From positions 55,435 through 119,434 of IMG/VR virus record IMGVR_UViG_3300010346_001007: a stretch of DNA of 64,000 nucleotides; one strand, written 5' to 3'. Positions 29,002 to 38,735 of this stretch are shown in pieces. Numbering within the stretch: position 1 is the stretch's first letter; every line of letters starts with the position of its first letter. The notes under the pieces are model-generated. The model searched no databases and was not told the origin of the DNA. It saw nothing but the letters and a program-made list of their open reading frames with translations. The position numbers and the translations under genes are program-made. This DNA comes from a virus. Taxonomy: Duplodnaviria > Caudoviricetes.

Positions 29002-29111
29002 TAGGTCCATACAGCAACTTACATTAATGAACCCAATGGAGGTGGCCCCTCCTCCATACCATTAGGTATGGAAATAAAAAAGCCCACAGAAAAGTGTAAA
29101 TCGGGACCTAG
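29002..29111 (+). ncRNA. Stem-closed RTACAGCAA ncRNA unit 1 (Y-RNA-like candidate)
   Basis: taggtcc...ggaccta closing stem; ATACAGCAA immediately 3' of the 5' arm; internal hairpins. Confidence 0.6.
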
Positions 29112-29123
29112 TTAATAATTTTA

Positions 29124-29167
29124 AAGATACGTACAGCAATTAACCGTATAGGAGAAAAGGTATCTTG
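29124..29167 (+). ncRNA. Stem-closed RTACAGCAA ncRNA unit 2
   Basis: aagatac...gtatctt closing stem; GTACAGCAA in the same position as in unit 1. Confidence 0.6.
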
Positions 29168-29190
29168 AATACCCGAAAAACTAAAAATTT

Positions 29191-30723
29191 ATGAAAATAT
29201 TAAAGCGCAAAACAAAGAAATCAGTTAATCCTGTTTTGACTGCGCTTCCTCAAAATCCTCTAGCTTCGGCAATGATGGAAAACTCTAATGAGGCATTTAC
29301 AGAAAATCTAGCTCTAACTAATAAATCTACGCTAAATTATGTACTAGATTGGTTTGGCTGCGGGGGTGCATTGCGACAACGAGCATCTTCGGATGCAACA
29401 AAAATATTTTTGAAGGCGTTTGCGCAAGATGCGCTCATGGCAACTAAAATCTTGTTTTATTTTCGAGATGTTCGTGGGGGTCAGGGAGAACGAGCTACAT
29501 TTCGTAATATTATAAAATATCTTGCCGTATATCATCCGGAAGTTGTCAGTAAAAATATGGAAAACATTCCGTTTTATGGGCGGTATGATGATCTATATGC
29601 TTTAGAAGGAACTCCCTTAGAAAAAGAAATGTTTCAATTTATTGCTCGCCAATTGAAACAAGACCTTCGTAATATGAAGAAGGGCGAGCCGGTATCATTG
29701 TTGGGCAAATGGTTAAAATCGGAAAATACTAGCTCTCCGGAATCTTGCCGTTTAGCAAAATTAACAAGAGAAGCCCTAGAATTATCATCTAAACGGTATC
29801 GAAAGGTTCTATCATCTTTGCGTAAGCATATTGATGTAATTGAACGAAAAATGTGCGGAAAAGAATGGAATGAAATTAATTTTGAAAATGTTCCCTCAAA
29901 AGCCAGTTTAATTTATCGTAGTGCTTTTGATCGCCATGCGCACAAAAAATATAAAGAATATTTGAAAAAGGTAGAACAAGGAAGTGCTAAAATCAATGCG
30001 GGAGCAGTATATCCCTATGAGATTTTTAGAAGCTTGATTCGTAATTCCGTATCCAAGGAAGTAATTAAAGCCGCCGATTTACAGTGGGCCAATATGCCGA
30101 ATTGGATGGGAGAAAACGAACATCGAGGATTGGTAATTGCCGACGTATCGGGTTCTATGCTTTCAGGTGTGCCGAATATACTTGTAGCCGTTTCTTTAGC
30201 TCTTTACTTTGCGGAACGAAATGTGGGTCCGTTTAAGGATATGTGGTTGAATTTTTCATCGAGACCGACTTTTCAACGATTTGTTGGAAATAATCTCCGT
30301 GAAAAGTACCTAAATATGGATAAAGATAATTGGGGAGGTTCAACTAATTTACAAGCCGCATTTAACCTTATTTTAAATTCCGCAGTTAAAAATAAAGTTA
30401 AAGAAAAAGATATGCCGGAAGTTTTATATATAATTTCTGACATGGAATTTAATCAAGCTTGCACTGGAAATGATAAGACTAATTTCCGAGTCATGAAAGA
30501 AAAATATAAAGAGGCCGGATATAAATTGCCTCGGGTTGTATGGTGGAATGTTGCCAGTCAAAATGACAATTTCCCAATCCGAGCAGATGACAATAACACA
30601 GCTTTAGTTTCGGGATGTTCTCCGAGCATTTTGAAGCAACTGCTATCGAGTAAGAATTTTACCCCGTTGGGTATAATGCAAGAAACAATTAATTCGCCTC
30701 GGTATGACCGGGTTGTTATTTAA
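29191..30723 (+). CDS. DUF2828-type helical + vWA protein (Ro60/TROVE-like)
   Basis: TEN.A....ST...LD.F, RDVRGGQGER, YGRYDDL, KW.KSE and VPSKA; MIDAS DVSGSM, STNL, ISDMEF. Confidence 0.85.
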   Translation: MKILKRKTKKSVNPVLTALPQNPLASAMMENSNEAFTENLALTNKSTLNYVLDWFGCGGALRQRASSDATKIFLKAFAQDALMATKILFYFRDVRGGQGERATFRNIIKYLAVYHPEVVSKNMENIPFYGRYDDLYALEGTPLEKEMFQFIARQLKQDLRNMKKGEPVSLLGKWLKSENTSSPESCRLAKLTREALELSSKRYRKVLSSLRKHIDVIERKMCGKEWNEINFENVPSKASLIYRSAFDRHAHKKYKEYLKKVEQGSAKINAGAVYPYEIFRSLIRNSVSKEVIKAADLQWANMPNWMGENEHRGLVIADVSGSMLSGVPNILVAVSLALYFAERNVGPFKDMWLNFSSRPTFQRFVGNNLREKYLNMDKDNWGGSTNLQAAFNLILNSAVKNKVKEKDMPEVLYIISDMEFNQACTGNDKTNFRVMKEKYKEAGYKLPRVVWWNVASQNDNFPIRADDNNTALVSGCSPSILKQLLSSKNFTPLGIMQETINSPRYDRVVI

Positions 30724-30736
30724 AATATAAAAAGTT

Positions 30737-30943
30737 ATGAAGAAAAATACACAAAAATCAAATAAAAGAAAGAATCAGACAAGATATGGGGTGTTCTATC
30801 GCTCCAATGGCCGGTGGGTAGGTCCTTATCAAGGAAGGACCTTTACGGAATACACAATTAATCGAGAACCGATTAAAAGTGATATTCGGTGGTTTGCTAA
30901 TCATTTGCTTAAATCCCGAATTAAAATTCAATCTGTTTCGTAA
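30737..30943 (+). CDS. Hypothetical protein
   Basis: 68-aa ORF before a terminator. Confidence 0.55.
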   Translation: MKKNTQKSNKRKNQTRYGVFYRSNGRWVGPYQGRTFTEYTINREPIKSDIRWFANHLLKSRIKIQSVS

Positions 30944-30964
30944 TTACCAGCTATGTCAGGGGAG

Positions 30965-31009
30965 ACACGCTCATGGTTAAGGTGGAGTTTAGCCGTGGGC
31001 GTGTTTTTT
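30965..31009 (+). terminator. Rho-independent terminator
   Basis: acacgctcatggttaa...ttagccgtgggcgtgt followed by a T run. Confidence 0.7.
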
Positions 31010-31080
31010 ATTTTATAATAAATTGCTTTATGATGAGCGTTATGTTAATATGTGATATATGTTAGCATAAAAGTTTTAAT

Positions 31081-31479
31081 ATGAAGAAAAAACCAACTAA
31101 ATCATTCCCATTTGGAAAAACTAAAGCTGCAAATAGAATGGAACTCTTAGGGGAAATGTTTCCAATGGACCGAAGAAAAGTTTCAAGTTTATTGAGCCGC
31201 TATACAGACCAACTATATCAAGTTATTAATCCTAATATAGATGCATCTACGACTAAATTATTGTTACATTTATTGTGCCAGTATAATCTTTCTCGTGCCG
31301 AAGTAATGAAGGTTCATGAAGATATACGGTCGTACACCAAAAATCTTATAAAATGTAGGTATCGTGTATTTTTATCCGCATATAATAATATACATAAATT
31401 TGCGGAAGATCAAGGAAAATTACAAAAACGAAACCAAAAAAGAAATAAACCTTTAATGGGTAATAGAAAGAAGTTATAA
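31081..31479 (+). CDS. Hypothetical protein
   Basis: 132-aa ORF. Confidence 0.55.
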   Translation: MKKKPTKSFPFGKTKAANRMELLGEMFPMDRRKVSSLLSRYTDQLYQVINPNIDASTTKLLLHLLCQYNLSRAEVMKVHEDIRSYTKNLIKCRYRVFLSAYNNIHKFAEDQGKLQKRNQKRNKPLMGNRKKL

Positions 31480-31481
31480 TT

Positions 31482-31685
31482 ATGTTATTTTTACTAGAAG
31501 CCGATATTGAATTAAAAATAAAAAACATTGCTGCGGTATTTACGGAAAAAGCTTATCATTTAGTTAATGCACCAGATTTGATTACTGCCAAACATAAATT
31601 TTCAAAACATATACATAAATTACATGCTGATAAATTCCCCGATTATATAAGTGTTAAATATACTAAAATTGCCACTGAAATATGA
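31482..31685 (+). CDS. Hypothetical protein
   Basis: 67-aa ORF with ATGA overlap to the next gene. Confidence 0.55.
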   Translation: MLFLLEADIELKIKNIAAVFTEKAYHLVNAPDLITAKHKFSKHIHKLHADKFPDYISVKYTKIATEI

Positions 31686-32221
31686 CATTACGAGAAGCCT
31701 TGAAACAATGTGACCTGGATAAGGTCTATGGGATTATAGTTCAGGCTATTTCCTATGCGGGGGAAAATTTACCCGTTGAATTTGGGAAAAATATTTATTT
31801 GCCAGTAATTGAACAGCTTTTGAAAAAGCCCAAGGTTTATAAACATAAATATTCTCTTATATTACATGAAGAAAAAGATGCAATGGGAAATAAATATCCT
31901 ACTGTCTCTCTTCTTAATTTACGATATGTAAAACCACCCGAAGGATATAAACCGTGGAGAGGAAGTGAAGGAATTCCGCCCAAACATTATAATTGTAATT
32001 TAAACAAATATCGTCGTATATTTACCATCGGATGGACCCCTTGGAGGGAATTTATTGATGCGCCCATTGTTAATGAAACCAAATTAGATTTGGAATATCA
32101 AGTGGCCCATATTTTAATGGAAATTACTTATTATGGAGTTACTGAAAAAGAAATAAAAAAGGATGAAAAGAAATCCGATCAGATAAATAGTAAATATTCT
32201 AAAATCACTGCAAAAATATGA
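31682..32221 (+). CDS. Hypothetical protein, tandem paralog A
   Basis: Large blocks near-identical to 32218-33021. Confidence 0.7.
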   Translation: MTLREALKQCDLDKVYGIIVQAISYAGENLPVEFGKNIYLPVIEQLLKKPKVYKHKYSLILHEEKDAMGNKYPTVSLLNLRYVKPPEGYKPWRGSEGIPPKHYNCNLNKYRRIFTIGWTPWREFIDAPIVNETKLDLEYQVAHILMEITYYGVTEKEIKKDEKKSDQINSKYSKITAKI

Positions 32222-33021
32222 CATTACGAGAAGCCTTAAAACAATGTGACCTGGATAAGGTCTTTAAAATTATAACTAACACGATTTGCGATAAGAAAGA
32301 TGAGGCGCAAGTAGAAGTAATTAAGGGAGTTTTTTCTCCAGTAGTCAAACGCCTTTTGCGAAAGCCTAAAGTTCGTAGATATAAATATTCACTGATAATA
32401 CATTCAGAAAGAGATTTAGAAGGAAATAAATATACTACTGCTTCTTTTCTCAATTTGCGATATGTAAAACCACCTAAAGGATATAAGCCGTGGGGTGGAA
32501 ATAAAGGAATACCACCTAAACATTATAATTGTAATTTAAATAAATATAATCGTATATTTGCTATAGGATGGACTTCCTGGGGGAAATTTATTGATACTCC
32601 TATTGTTAATGAAACTAAATTAGATTTGGACCATCAAGTAGCTCATATTTTAATGGAAATTACTTATTACGGAGTTACGGAAAAAGAAATAAAAAAAGAT
32701 GAAAAGGAATTCAAACGCCGAGTTCAAAAGTCTTTGAAAGAAATAAAAGAAAATAAATGTTGCACTTTTAAATCTAAGAAAAAGGATGGATATAAAGTTG
32801 TCTTGCCTTTCAATGTAATGGAATCCATAGAAAAATTAGAGGAATCTATGGAAAAAGATGTTCCATCCCAGCCTACAAATAGATGTAATACTTGTTGGGG
32901 ATATGGATTGCACGCATTGGGAGACTCTTGCCCGATGGGGCCTATGGATGCTAGTGATGGAATGCCTACAATTAAATGCCCCGAGTGCGGAGCAAATGCT
33001 AATCCATATAATAAAACATGA
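32218..33021 (+). CDS. Hypothetical protein, tandem paralog B with C-terminal CxxC..CxxC
   Basis: Shares MTLREALKQCDLDKV and PPKHYNCNLNKY with paralog A; extra zinc-finger tail. Confidence 0.7.
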   Translation: MTLREALKQCDLDKVFKIITNTICDKKDEAQVEVIKGVFSPVVKRLLRKPKVRRYKYSLIIHSERDLEGNKYTTASFLNLRYVKPPKGYKPWGGNKGIPPKHYNCNLNKYNRIFAIGWTSWGKFIDTPIVNETKLDLDHQVAHILMEITYYGVTEKEIKKDEKEFKRRVQKSLKEIKENKCCTFKSKKKDGYKVVLPFNVMESIEKLEESMEKDVPSQPTNRCNTCWGYGLHALGDSCPMGPMDASDGMPTIKCPECGANANPYNKT

Positions 33022-33236
33022 GCAAGGAACCTAAAGAAACTCGAAGAAAAATAAGAGAAATGTTTTATATGCATTTTTCAAATGATATAGTAAGTTTAAT
33101 GGTACAAGAAACTTCTTGTGCGGCTAAAGAACTTATAAGAACTACTTTGGAAGAATTCAAAAAGAATGAATGGGAAGAAAAAGAAATCTTGGATTGGACA
33201 AGAAATAGATATGCAAGGGACCAAACCCGAAATTGA
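33018..33236 (+). CDS. Hypothetical protein
   Basis: ATGA overlap with the previous gene. Confidence 0.5.
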   Translation: MSKEPKETRRKIREMFYMHFSNDIVSLMVQETSCAAKELIRTTLEEFKKNEWEEKEILDWTRNRYARDQTRN

Positions 33237-33292
33237 TATGATTCCCAAAGATAGATGGGTGGCCGGAGGCGCAATCGGAGGTTGGTTCAATA

Positions 33293-33544
33293 ATGAACCT
33301 AGTTTTACATTATAAAAAGTTATTGAAAAATAAGCCAAAAAATGTTTTTTATTTTACATTAAAAGTATCATTTCCTGCGGGAAAAGAAAAACATGAATTA
33401 TTAGAATGGTTTGATTCATTGGGAAAGAATCAAAAAAACCATCAGAAATGGAAACAAAGAATGATGGAAGAAAGAGAAATAACTTTAGTCATTCAAATAA
33501 CTCGCACTGGCGAATGGCAGATTGTTGGAATTAAACAGAAATAA
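33293..33544 (+). CDS. Hypothetical protein
   Basis: 83-aa ORF upstream of DHFR. Confidence 0.5.
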   Translation: MNLVLHYKKLLKNKPKNVFYFTLKVSFPAGKEKHELLEWFDSLGKNQKNHQKWKQRMMEEREITLVIQITRTGEWQIVGIKQK

Positions 33545-33549
33545 TTATT

Positions 33550-34017
33550 ATGAATGCGATAGTAGCAATGGACCCCAATCGTGTCATTGGAAAAAATGGC
33601 AAATTGCCGTGGGTTTTATATGACGATTTTAAATGGTTTAAATTAGTGACAACAGGACACGAATTGGTTATGGGAAGAAAAACATTTGAATCTATTGGAA
33701 AACCATTGCCTCAAAGATTTACATATGTTATCACTAATGATAAAGAAAAATTAAATCTGCCGTCTAAAGAATTGTTTACTTATGTTCCTCCGATGTATAT
33801 ATTTCAAAATTATAAAATGCAACCCAAAGATTGGTGGTTATGCGGAGGGCATCATGTATATGAAACATTTCTCCCTATGTGCGATGCGGTCTATGTAACT
33901 CATGTGTATGAAACATTTGAGGGAGACACGTATATGCCAGCATTTGAAGATATGTTCCCCCGTTCAACTTTTATTTTTAAAACCGATAGATTTAAAGTAG
34001 TTAAATATGAAAAATAA
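33550..34017 (+). CDS. folA: Dihydrofolate reductase
   Basis: IVAM..NRVIG..GKLPW...D..WFK, MGRKTFESIGKPLP.R, GG..VY and GDTY.P. Confidence 0.95.
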   Translation: MNAIVAMDPNRVIGKNGKLPWVLYDDFKWFKLVTTGHELVMGRKTFESIGKPLPQRFTYVITNDKEKLNLPSKELFTYVPPMYIFQNYKMQPKDWWLCGGHHVYETFLPMCDAVYVTHVYETFEGDTYMPAFEDMFPRSTFIFKTDRFKVVKYEK

Positions 34018-35137
34018 TAGCTATACTATGGATGGAAATTTAGATCTGGCTAACCTTGAACAAATTATGGGGATGTATAATCAAGTAGATCCTACTTATT
34101 TAAGTTTATTGCAATTGGTCGTACAAACCGGAAAATATAAAGAAAATAGAACGGGAGTTAGAACCCTGGGAGTATTTGGTAGTCAGTCTAAATACAGAAT
34201 TAATTTAAATGCATTTCCTATACTTACTACAAAGAAGATATTTTTTAAGGGAATAGTCCATGAATTATTGTGGTTTCTTAAAGGCGATACTAACATTAGA
34301 TATTTAGTTATAAATGGAGTTAATATTTGGAATGAATGGGCTTATGAAACATATAAAAAACAATTAAAAAATTTATGTGTTAGTGAAGAAGATACCGTGT
34401 ATTCGATGAAAGATTTTATATTGCGGATACGGGATGATGAAGAATTTGCGAAAAAATATGGCGATTTAGGAATGGGCACTTATGGTAGTGTATGGAGAAG
34501 ATTTCCATATTATGTTGAAGATGAGGAAGGGTCCATTAAAATAAATGCGGTGGATCAGATTTCTAAAGTTATAGATAAATTAAAAACTAATCCTAATGAT
34601 CGTCGAATGATAGTATCTGCTTGGCATCCATATTGGGTGGACCATTGTGCTTTGCCTCCATGTCATTGTTTATTTCATTTTAATGTTGAAGAATTGACTC
34701 TCATCGAACGAAGGTTGGAATTTCAACGACGGCATTATGTATTTACTCCCCAACAAATTAGAGATGAAGGATTGATAAAAAAACTTCTTGAATCGAAAAA
34801 TATTCCTACACATCGGTTGAATTGTTTACTTTATCAGAGAAGTTGTGATTTGTTTCTTGGTGTGCCTTTTAATATAACTTCTTATAGTTTATTAACTGCA
34901 ATGATGGCCCAATGTGTTAATATGTTGCCGGGTACATTTATTCATACTTATGGAGATTTACACATATATGAAAATCATTTGCCACAAGTAAAAGAACAAC
35001 TCTTTCGTTCATATAAACATTTGCCTCAGTTAGAGTTAAATCCGGACATTAAAGATTTGTTCAAATTCCAATACGAGGACATTAAATTAAAAAATTACGA
35101 CTCTCATCCAGCAATTAAGGCCGAAATTGCCGTTTGA
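34007..35137 (+). CDS. thyA: Thymidylate synthase
   Basis: NRTG, FPILTTKK, ELLWFL.G, ALPPCH, YQRSCDLFLGVPFN and GDLHIY.NH. Confidence 0.97.
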   Translation: MKNNSYTMDGNLDLANLEQIMGMYNQVDPTYLSLLQLVVQTGKYKENRTGVRTLGVFGSQSKYRINLNAFPILTTKKIFFKGIVHELLWFLKGDTNIRYLVINGVNIWNEWAYETYKKQLKNLCVSEEDTVYSMKDFILRIRDDEEFAKKYGDLGMGTYGSVWRRFPYYVEDEEGSIKINAVDQISKVIDKLKTNPNDRRMIVSAWHPYWVDHCALPPCHCLFHFNVEELTLIERRLEFQRRHYVFTPQQIRDEGLIKKLLESKNIPTHRLNCLLYQRSCDLFLGVPFNITSYSLLTAMMAQCVNMLPGTFIHTYGDLHIYENHLPQVKEQLFRSYKHLPQLELNPDIKDLFKFQYEDIKLKNYDSHPAIKAEIAV

Positions 35138-35156
35138 ATCGGTCAGAAAATAGTAG

Positions 35157-35184
35157 TTGACAATCAAGCCAAAATCAGTATAAT
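35157..35184 (+). promoter_or_regulatory. Sigma70-like promoter TTGACA-N16-TATAAT
   Basis: Perfect hexamers; ATG 11 nt downstream. Confidence 0.8.
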
Positions 35185-35195
35185 GCTTCTCAACC

Positions 35196-35678
35196 ATGAA
35201 TTTCGATCATTGTAATAAAACATACGAGTATATAAAGACCAAATTATTTCCGCATGTTACAATACGTGCGAACTTTATAAAGTTTGAAGATTATTTAACC
35301 GCTTTTTCGGAACTTCCTTCGGGGAAATGGTTGCGAAATGAAAAATCGGTAATTTTGATGCGCACTCATTTTTTAATGAATACGGAAGAATTTGCAAAAG
35401 ATTATGCTAAATATTGTGTAAGTTTTTATTTTATTGGCGACGACCCCACTAAAATAACATATCGTATAATTTATCAAGTTTCTCCCGAATTACATTTAGA
35501 AGTGTTTGTATTTACTTGGATGGAGAAAGAAACAGTATTCTCTTTTGCGATTGCCAATGTTGTTATGAAATACAGTAATAAATTTATCGATTTTTTGAAA
35601 ACATTGGAAAAATACAAGCTTACAGGAAATACTTCCGATGCATCTCCACTTCCCGGATTTTTACAACAACCGAAATGA
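35196..35678 (+). CDS. Hypothetical protein
   Basis: 160-aa ORF after a promoter. Confidence 0.6.
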   Translation: MNFDHCNKTYEYIKTKLFPHVTIRANFIKFEDYLTAFSELPSGKWLRNEKSVILMRTHFLMNTEEFAKDYAKYCVSFYFIGDDPTKITYRIIYQVSPELHLEVFVFTWMEKETVFSFAIANVVMKYSNKFIDFLKTLEKYKLTGNTSDASPLPGFLQQPK

Positions 35679-35685
35679 AATATAT

Positions 35686-36900
35686 ATGATTAATCCTTTT
35701 AAATTTGAATTGCCAACATTATATGCCCGGTCTAAAACGGGTGCGGTTTTGACATGGGATATTGAGGTTGAAGATAATATGTATCGTACAATTACAGGTC
35801 AGTTGGATGGTACTAAAGTAATATCTAGCTGGACAGCATGTAAAGGCAAAAATATTGGCCGGAAAAATGAAACCACCGATCAACAACAAGCCGAGGCGGA
35901 AGCCGTATCAAAATGGAAGAAAAAACTAAAGTCGGAGGGGTATTTTGAGAATATTAAAGATATAGATAAGCCTATGGCTTTTGTCGAACCTATGCTGGCA
36001 TACCCATTAATTTCTCGAAAAACGAAAAAGGTGGATGGGAAACCTGTGACAGTAATTGATGACCGTACCAAATATGTCAAATTGCCTGTAATGGTGGACC
36101 GAAAATATAATGGAATGCGACAAGTTACTACAGCCAACGGGCCGTTTACACGCAAGGGAGAGCCAATTAAATCTGCCCCCCATATTTTTGAATCGCTAGA
36201 AAAATTGTTTGAAGCATTTCCTTCTTTGGTATTGGATGGGGAATTGTATAATCATGATTTTAGGCATCGTTTGAATGAACTTATTGAAATTGTAAGAACA
36301 AATGCCGACCGAAATATTACTCCTGCATTACTGGAAGACAGTAAAAACAAAGTCCGTTATTATGTTTATGATGGATATGGATTTAATATTGACGGTGAAA
36401 ATATTACGGAGAGTACTCCTTGCCGACAACGGAGAGATGCTCTTAAAAAATTGCTTAAAGGAATTTCTTATGTAGAAGTGGTGCCATATTATATGGCTTC
36501 TACAATGGAAGAGGCACATAAACTGTATGGCGAATTTGTCGAGGATGGATATGAAGGAGCCATCTTGAGAAATTGGGATGCAGCATATCAACATAAGCGC
36601 ACAACTGATTTAATTAAACTTAAACCATTCGAAGATATGGAAGTTGTCATTCTTGATGTTATCGACCCTGTTTCTGGAAATTGGGGAGGAACGGGAAAGA
36701 CGGCATTAGTTCGGATGACCGATGGAAAAGAATTCACGGCTACATTCAAAGGTAGTCGTGAAACATTGGTTCAAGTCCTAAAAGAAAAGAATAAATGGAT
36801 TGGTCAGAAAGTTACCATGACCTATAATGGATTTACAGGAAAAGGTACTCCGAATTATGGCCAAATTAATCCATATAATTGTAAAGTGGGGGATCGATAA
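35686..36900 (+). CDS. lig: ATP-dependent DNA ligase
   Basis: PMLA, KYNGMR (motif I), LDGELY, YVYD, GYEGAILR, KR..DLIKLK and an OB-fold. Confidence 0.92.
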   Translation: MINPFKFELPTLYARSKTGAVLTWDIEVEDNMYRTITGQLDGTKVISSWTACKGKNIGRKNETTDQQQAEAEAVSKWKKKLKSEGYFENIKDIDKPMAFVEPMLAYPLISRKTKKVDGKPVTVIDDRTKYVKLPVMVDRKYNGMRQVTTANGPFTRKGEPIKSAPHIFESLEKLFEAFPSLVLDGELYNHDFRHRLNELIEIVRTNADRNITPALLEDSKNKVRYYVYDGYGFNIDGENITESTPCRQRRDALKKLLKGISYVEVVPYYMASTMEEAHKLYGEFVEDGYEGAILRNWDAAYQHKRTTDLIKLKPFEDMEVVILDVIDPVSGNWGGTGKTALVRMTDGKEFTATFKGSRETLVQVLKEKNKWIGQKVTMTYNGFTGKGTPNYGQINPYNCKVGDR

Positions 36901-36918
36901 TTAAATAATTTTATATAT

Positions 36919-37410
36919 ATGGCAATATCAAAAAAATTTGTAAAAAAGAAAAGTGTGTATAAAACACGAAGATACTGGTATCATCTTTCTACAACATTAG
37001 TATATGGAGAATTATTGTTATTAAAACCGTGGAATAATGAAAAAGGATTTAATAGAGATCATTCCGAACCCAATATAGAAAGAATTTGTGTGGCCCCGAG
37101 TATAGCGCAATGTCTTACGGCATTGCCTTATTCAATAGGAGATAAATTTACAATTTATCGCACCAAGAGTAAAGTAAAAGCCGAAAAGCCAACAGGAGTT
37201 TTTGATGCCACTGTGACAAATGAAGGATGGATTACTAAACCAACAGTTTTTATAAAAATAGGAACATTGTTATTGCGAGACTTGGGTGATTGGAATGATA
37301 TACCAGATGAACGAGCTTCAATGGGAAAGATACATGAATCCAGATATAATTTAAATCGATGGAAAAAAATGAATCTGTGGAAATATGTTAAGCGGGTAAA
37401 AACCGCTTGA
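36919..37410 (+). CDS. Hypothetical phage protein, possible ART-like fold
   Basis: WYHLS ... RICVAPSIAQCL ... VFDA.VTNEGWI. Confidence 0.45.
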   Translation: MAISKKFVKKKSVYKTRRYWYHLSTTLVYGELLLLKPWNNEKGFNRDHSEPNIERICVAPSIAQCLTALPYSIGDKFTIYRTKSKVKAEKPTGVFDATVTNEGWITKPTVFIKIGTLLLRDLGDWNDIPDERASMGKIHESRYNLNRWKKMNLWKYVKRVKTA

Positions 37411-37440
37411 TTTTTTTCTGAGAAATGGTATAATAGTAGC

Positions 37441-38010
37441 ATGAAAAAATATTTGCATTTAGATTGTGAAATGGGCGGGTTGGACTTACAACATTCGTTG
37501 TTGACGGCCTATTTTTTAGTTACTGATACAGATTTTAATAAAATAGATGAATTGTATCTTCGGCTTTGTCCTAACGATGGAAATTATTTTATCAGTTCCC
37601 TTGCAATGGAAAAGAATAAAATTGACATTATAGAACATGATAAAATTGCCACACCATATAAAAAAGCCGGAACGATATTATATGAATTTTTGCAAAAAAA
37701 TGGATTAAAAGAAAAACCTATTCCAGTTGGACAAGGAATTCGTGGCGATTTAAGATTCATTTGGAATTATCTAGTTTCCCGTTTCACATGGGAAACGTTT
37801 GTATCATATCGATACGTTGACGTCCGGAGTTTATGTATATTTTTACAAGCTTGCGGAAAAATTTCTCCCGAGGTTACAGGCGGACTTAAATCTATGGTTG
37901 AATATTTTGGCATAGAACCCGATATTCCCGAATTGGATTGGCACGATGCAAAATATGATACATATATGGCGATGCGTGTATATCAAAAAATGCTGGAACT
38001 TGTAAAATGA
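37441..38010 (+). CDS. DEDDh 3'-5' exonuclease
   Basis: LDCEMGG, GQ...GDL.F and HDA.YD; leaderless start after promoter 37407-37434. Confidence 0.85.
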   Translation: MKKYLHLDCEMGGLDLQHSLLTAYFLVTDTDFNKIDELYLRLCPNDGNYFISSLAMEKNKIDIIEHDKIATPYKKAGTILYEFLQKNGLKEKPIPVGQGIRGDLRFIWNYLVSRFTWETFVSYRYVDVRSLCIFLQACGKISPEVTGGLKSMVEYFGIEPDIPELDWHDAKYDTYMAMRVYQKMLELVK

Positions 38011-38657
38011 TGCTTAAACTAAAAGATACACCCGAGAGAAAAATCTATTTTACTTCCGACTTACATTTGGGACACAAAAAAGATTTTGTGTGGAAAACTC
38101 GTGGGTATGAGAGTGTCGAGGCACATGATACAGGAATTATTGATACAATTAATAGTATAGTGCGTCCATCAGATGTATTATTGTTTCTTGGAGATTTTTG
38201 TCTAAATACTCCAATTAAACAATTTGAAGAATATCTGACTAGAGTTCAATGTCAAAATATTTGGGCATTGTGGGGGAACCATAACAATCCCCACGAAAAA
38301 CAAGTTTATAGAGAAATGCAATTTGAGGGGACAGAAACCTATCCCTCCAGTTATTTAAATATGGTTTTTATGGGTTATTATTTGGAAGCAACCCTAAATG
38401 GACATTATGCCGTTTTGTGCCATTTTCCTATTTATATCTGGAATCATATGTTCCATGGCGCTTGGATGCTATGTGGCCATTCGCACGGCGGATGTCCCCT
38501 CACTATTAAAGATAATATTGAAGGTAAGATGTTGGATGTCGGTTGGGATGAACACAAGAAACCTTTATCTATAGATGAAATTTCAGAAATTATGAATAAA
38601 AAACAAATAGTGTATCGAGACGGAACCATATTATTAAGGGAAGAACAAGGCAAATAA
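38007..38657 (+). CDS. Calcineurin-like metallophosphoesterase
   Basis: FTSDLHLGH, GDF, GNH, CHFP, GHSH and DVG.D. Confidence 0.9.
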   Translation: MMLKLKDTPERKIYFTSDLHLGHKKDFVWKTRGYESVEAHDTGIIDTINSIVRPSDVLLFLGDFCLNTPIKQFEEYLTRVQCQNIWALWGNHNNPHEKQVYREMQFEGTETYPSSYLNMVFMGYYLEATLNGHYAVLCHFPIYIWNHMFHGAWMLCGHSHGGCPLTIKDNIEGKMLDVGWDEHKKPLSIDEISEIMNKKQIVYRDGTILLREEQGK

Positions 38658-38681
38658 AAATATAAAAAGTTGACTTGAATA

Positions 38682-38716
38682 TCCCACTGTGATATTATTA
38701 CGATATTACAGTGGGA
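38682..38716. promoter_or_regulatory. Long hairpin overlapping a promoter (terminator or operator)
   Basis: tcccactgtgatatt...gatattacagtggga, just downstream of TTGACT at 38670. Confidence 0.5.
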
Positions 38717-38735
38717 ATTTTGATTTATAAAATAT

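Noticed and set aside
29002-29167. CRISPR mini-array reading of the TACAGCAA repeats
   Set aside because: The shared motif is only about 9 nt, the units differ in length and are closed by their own stems; no cas genes in the window.
34680-34815. Intron or intein in thyA
   Set aside because: Short in-frame insertion without splicing motifs; reads as a variable loop.
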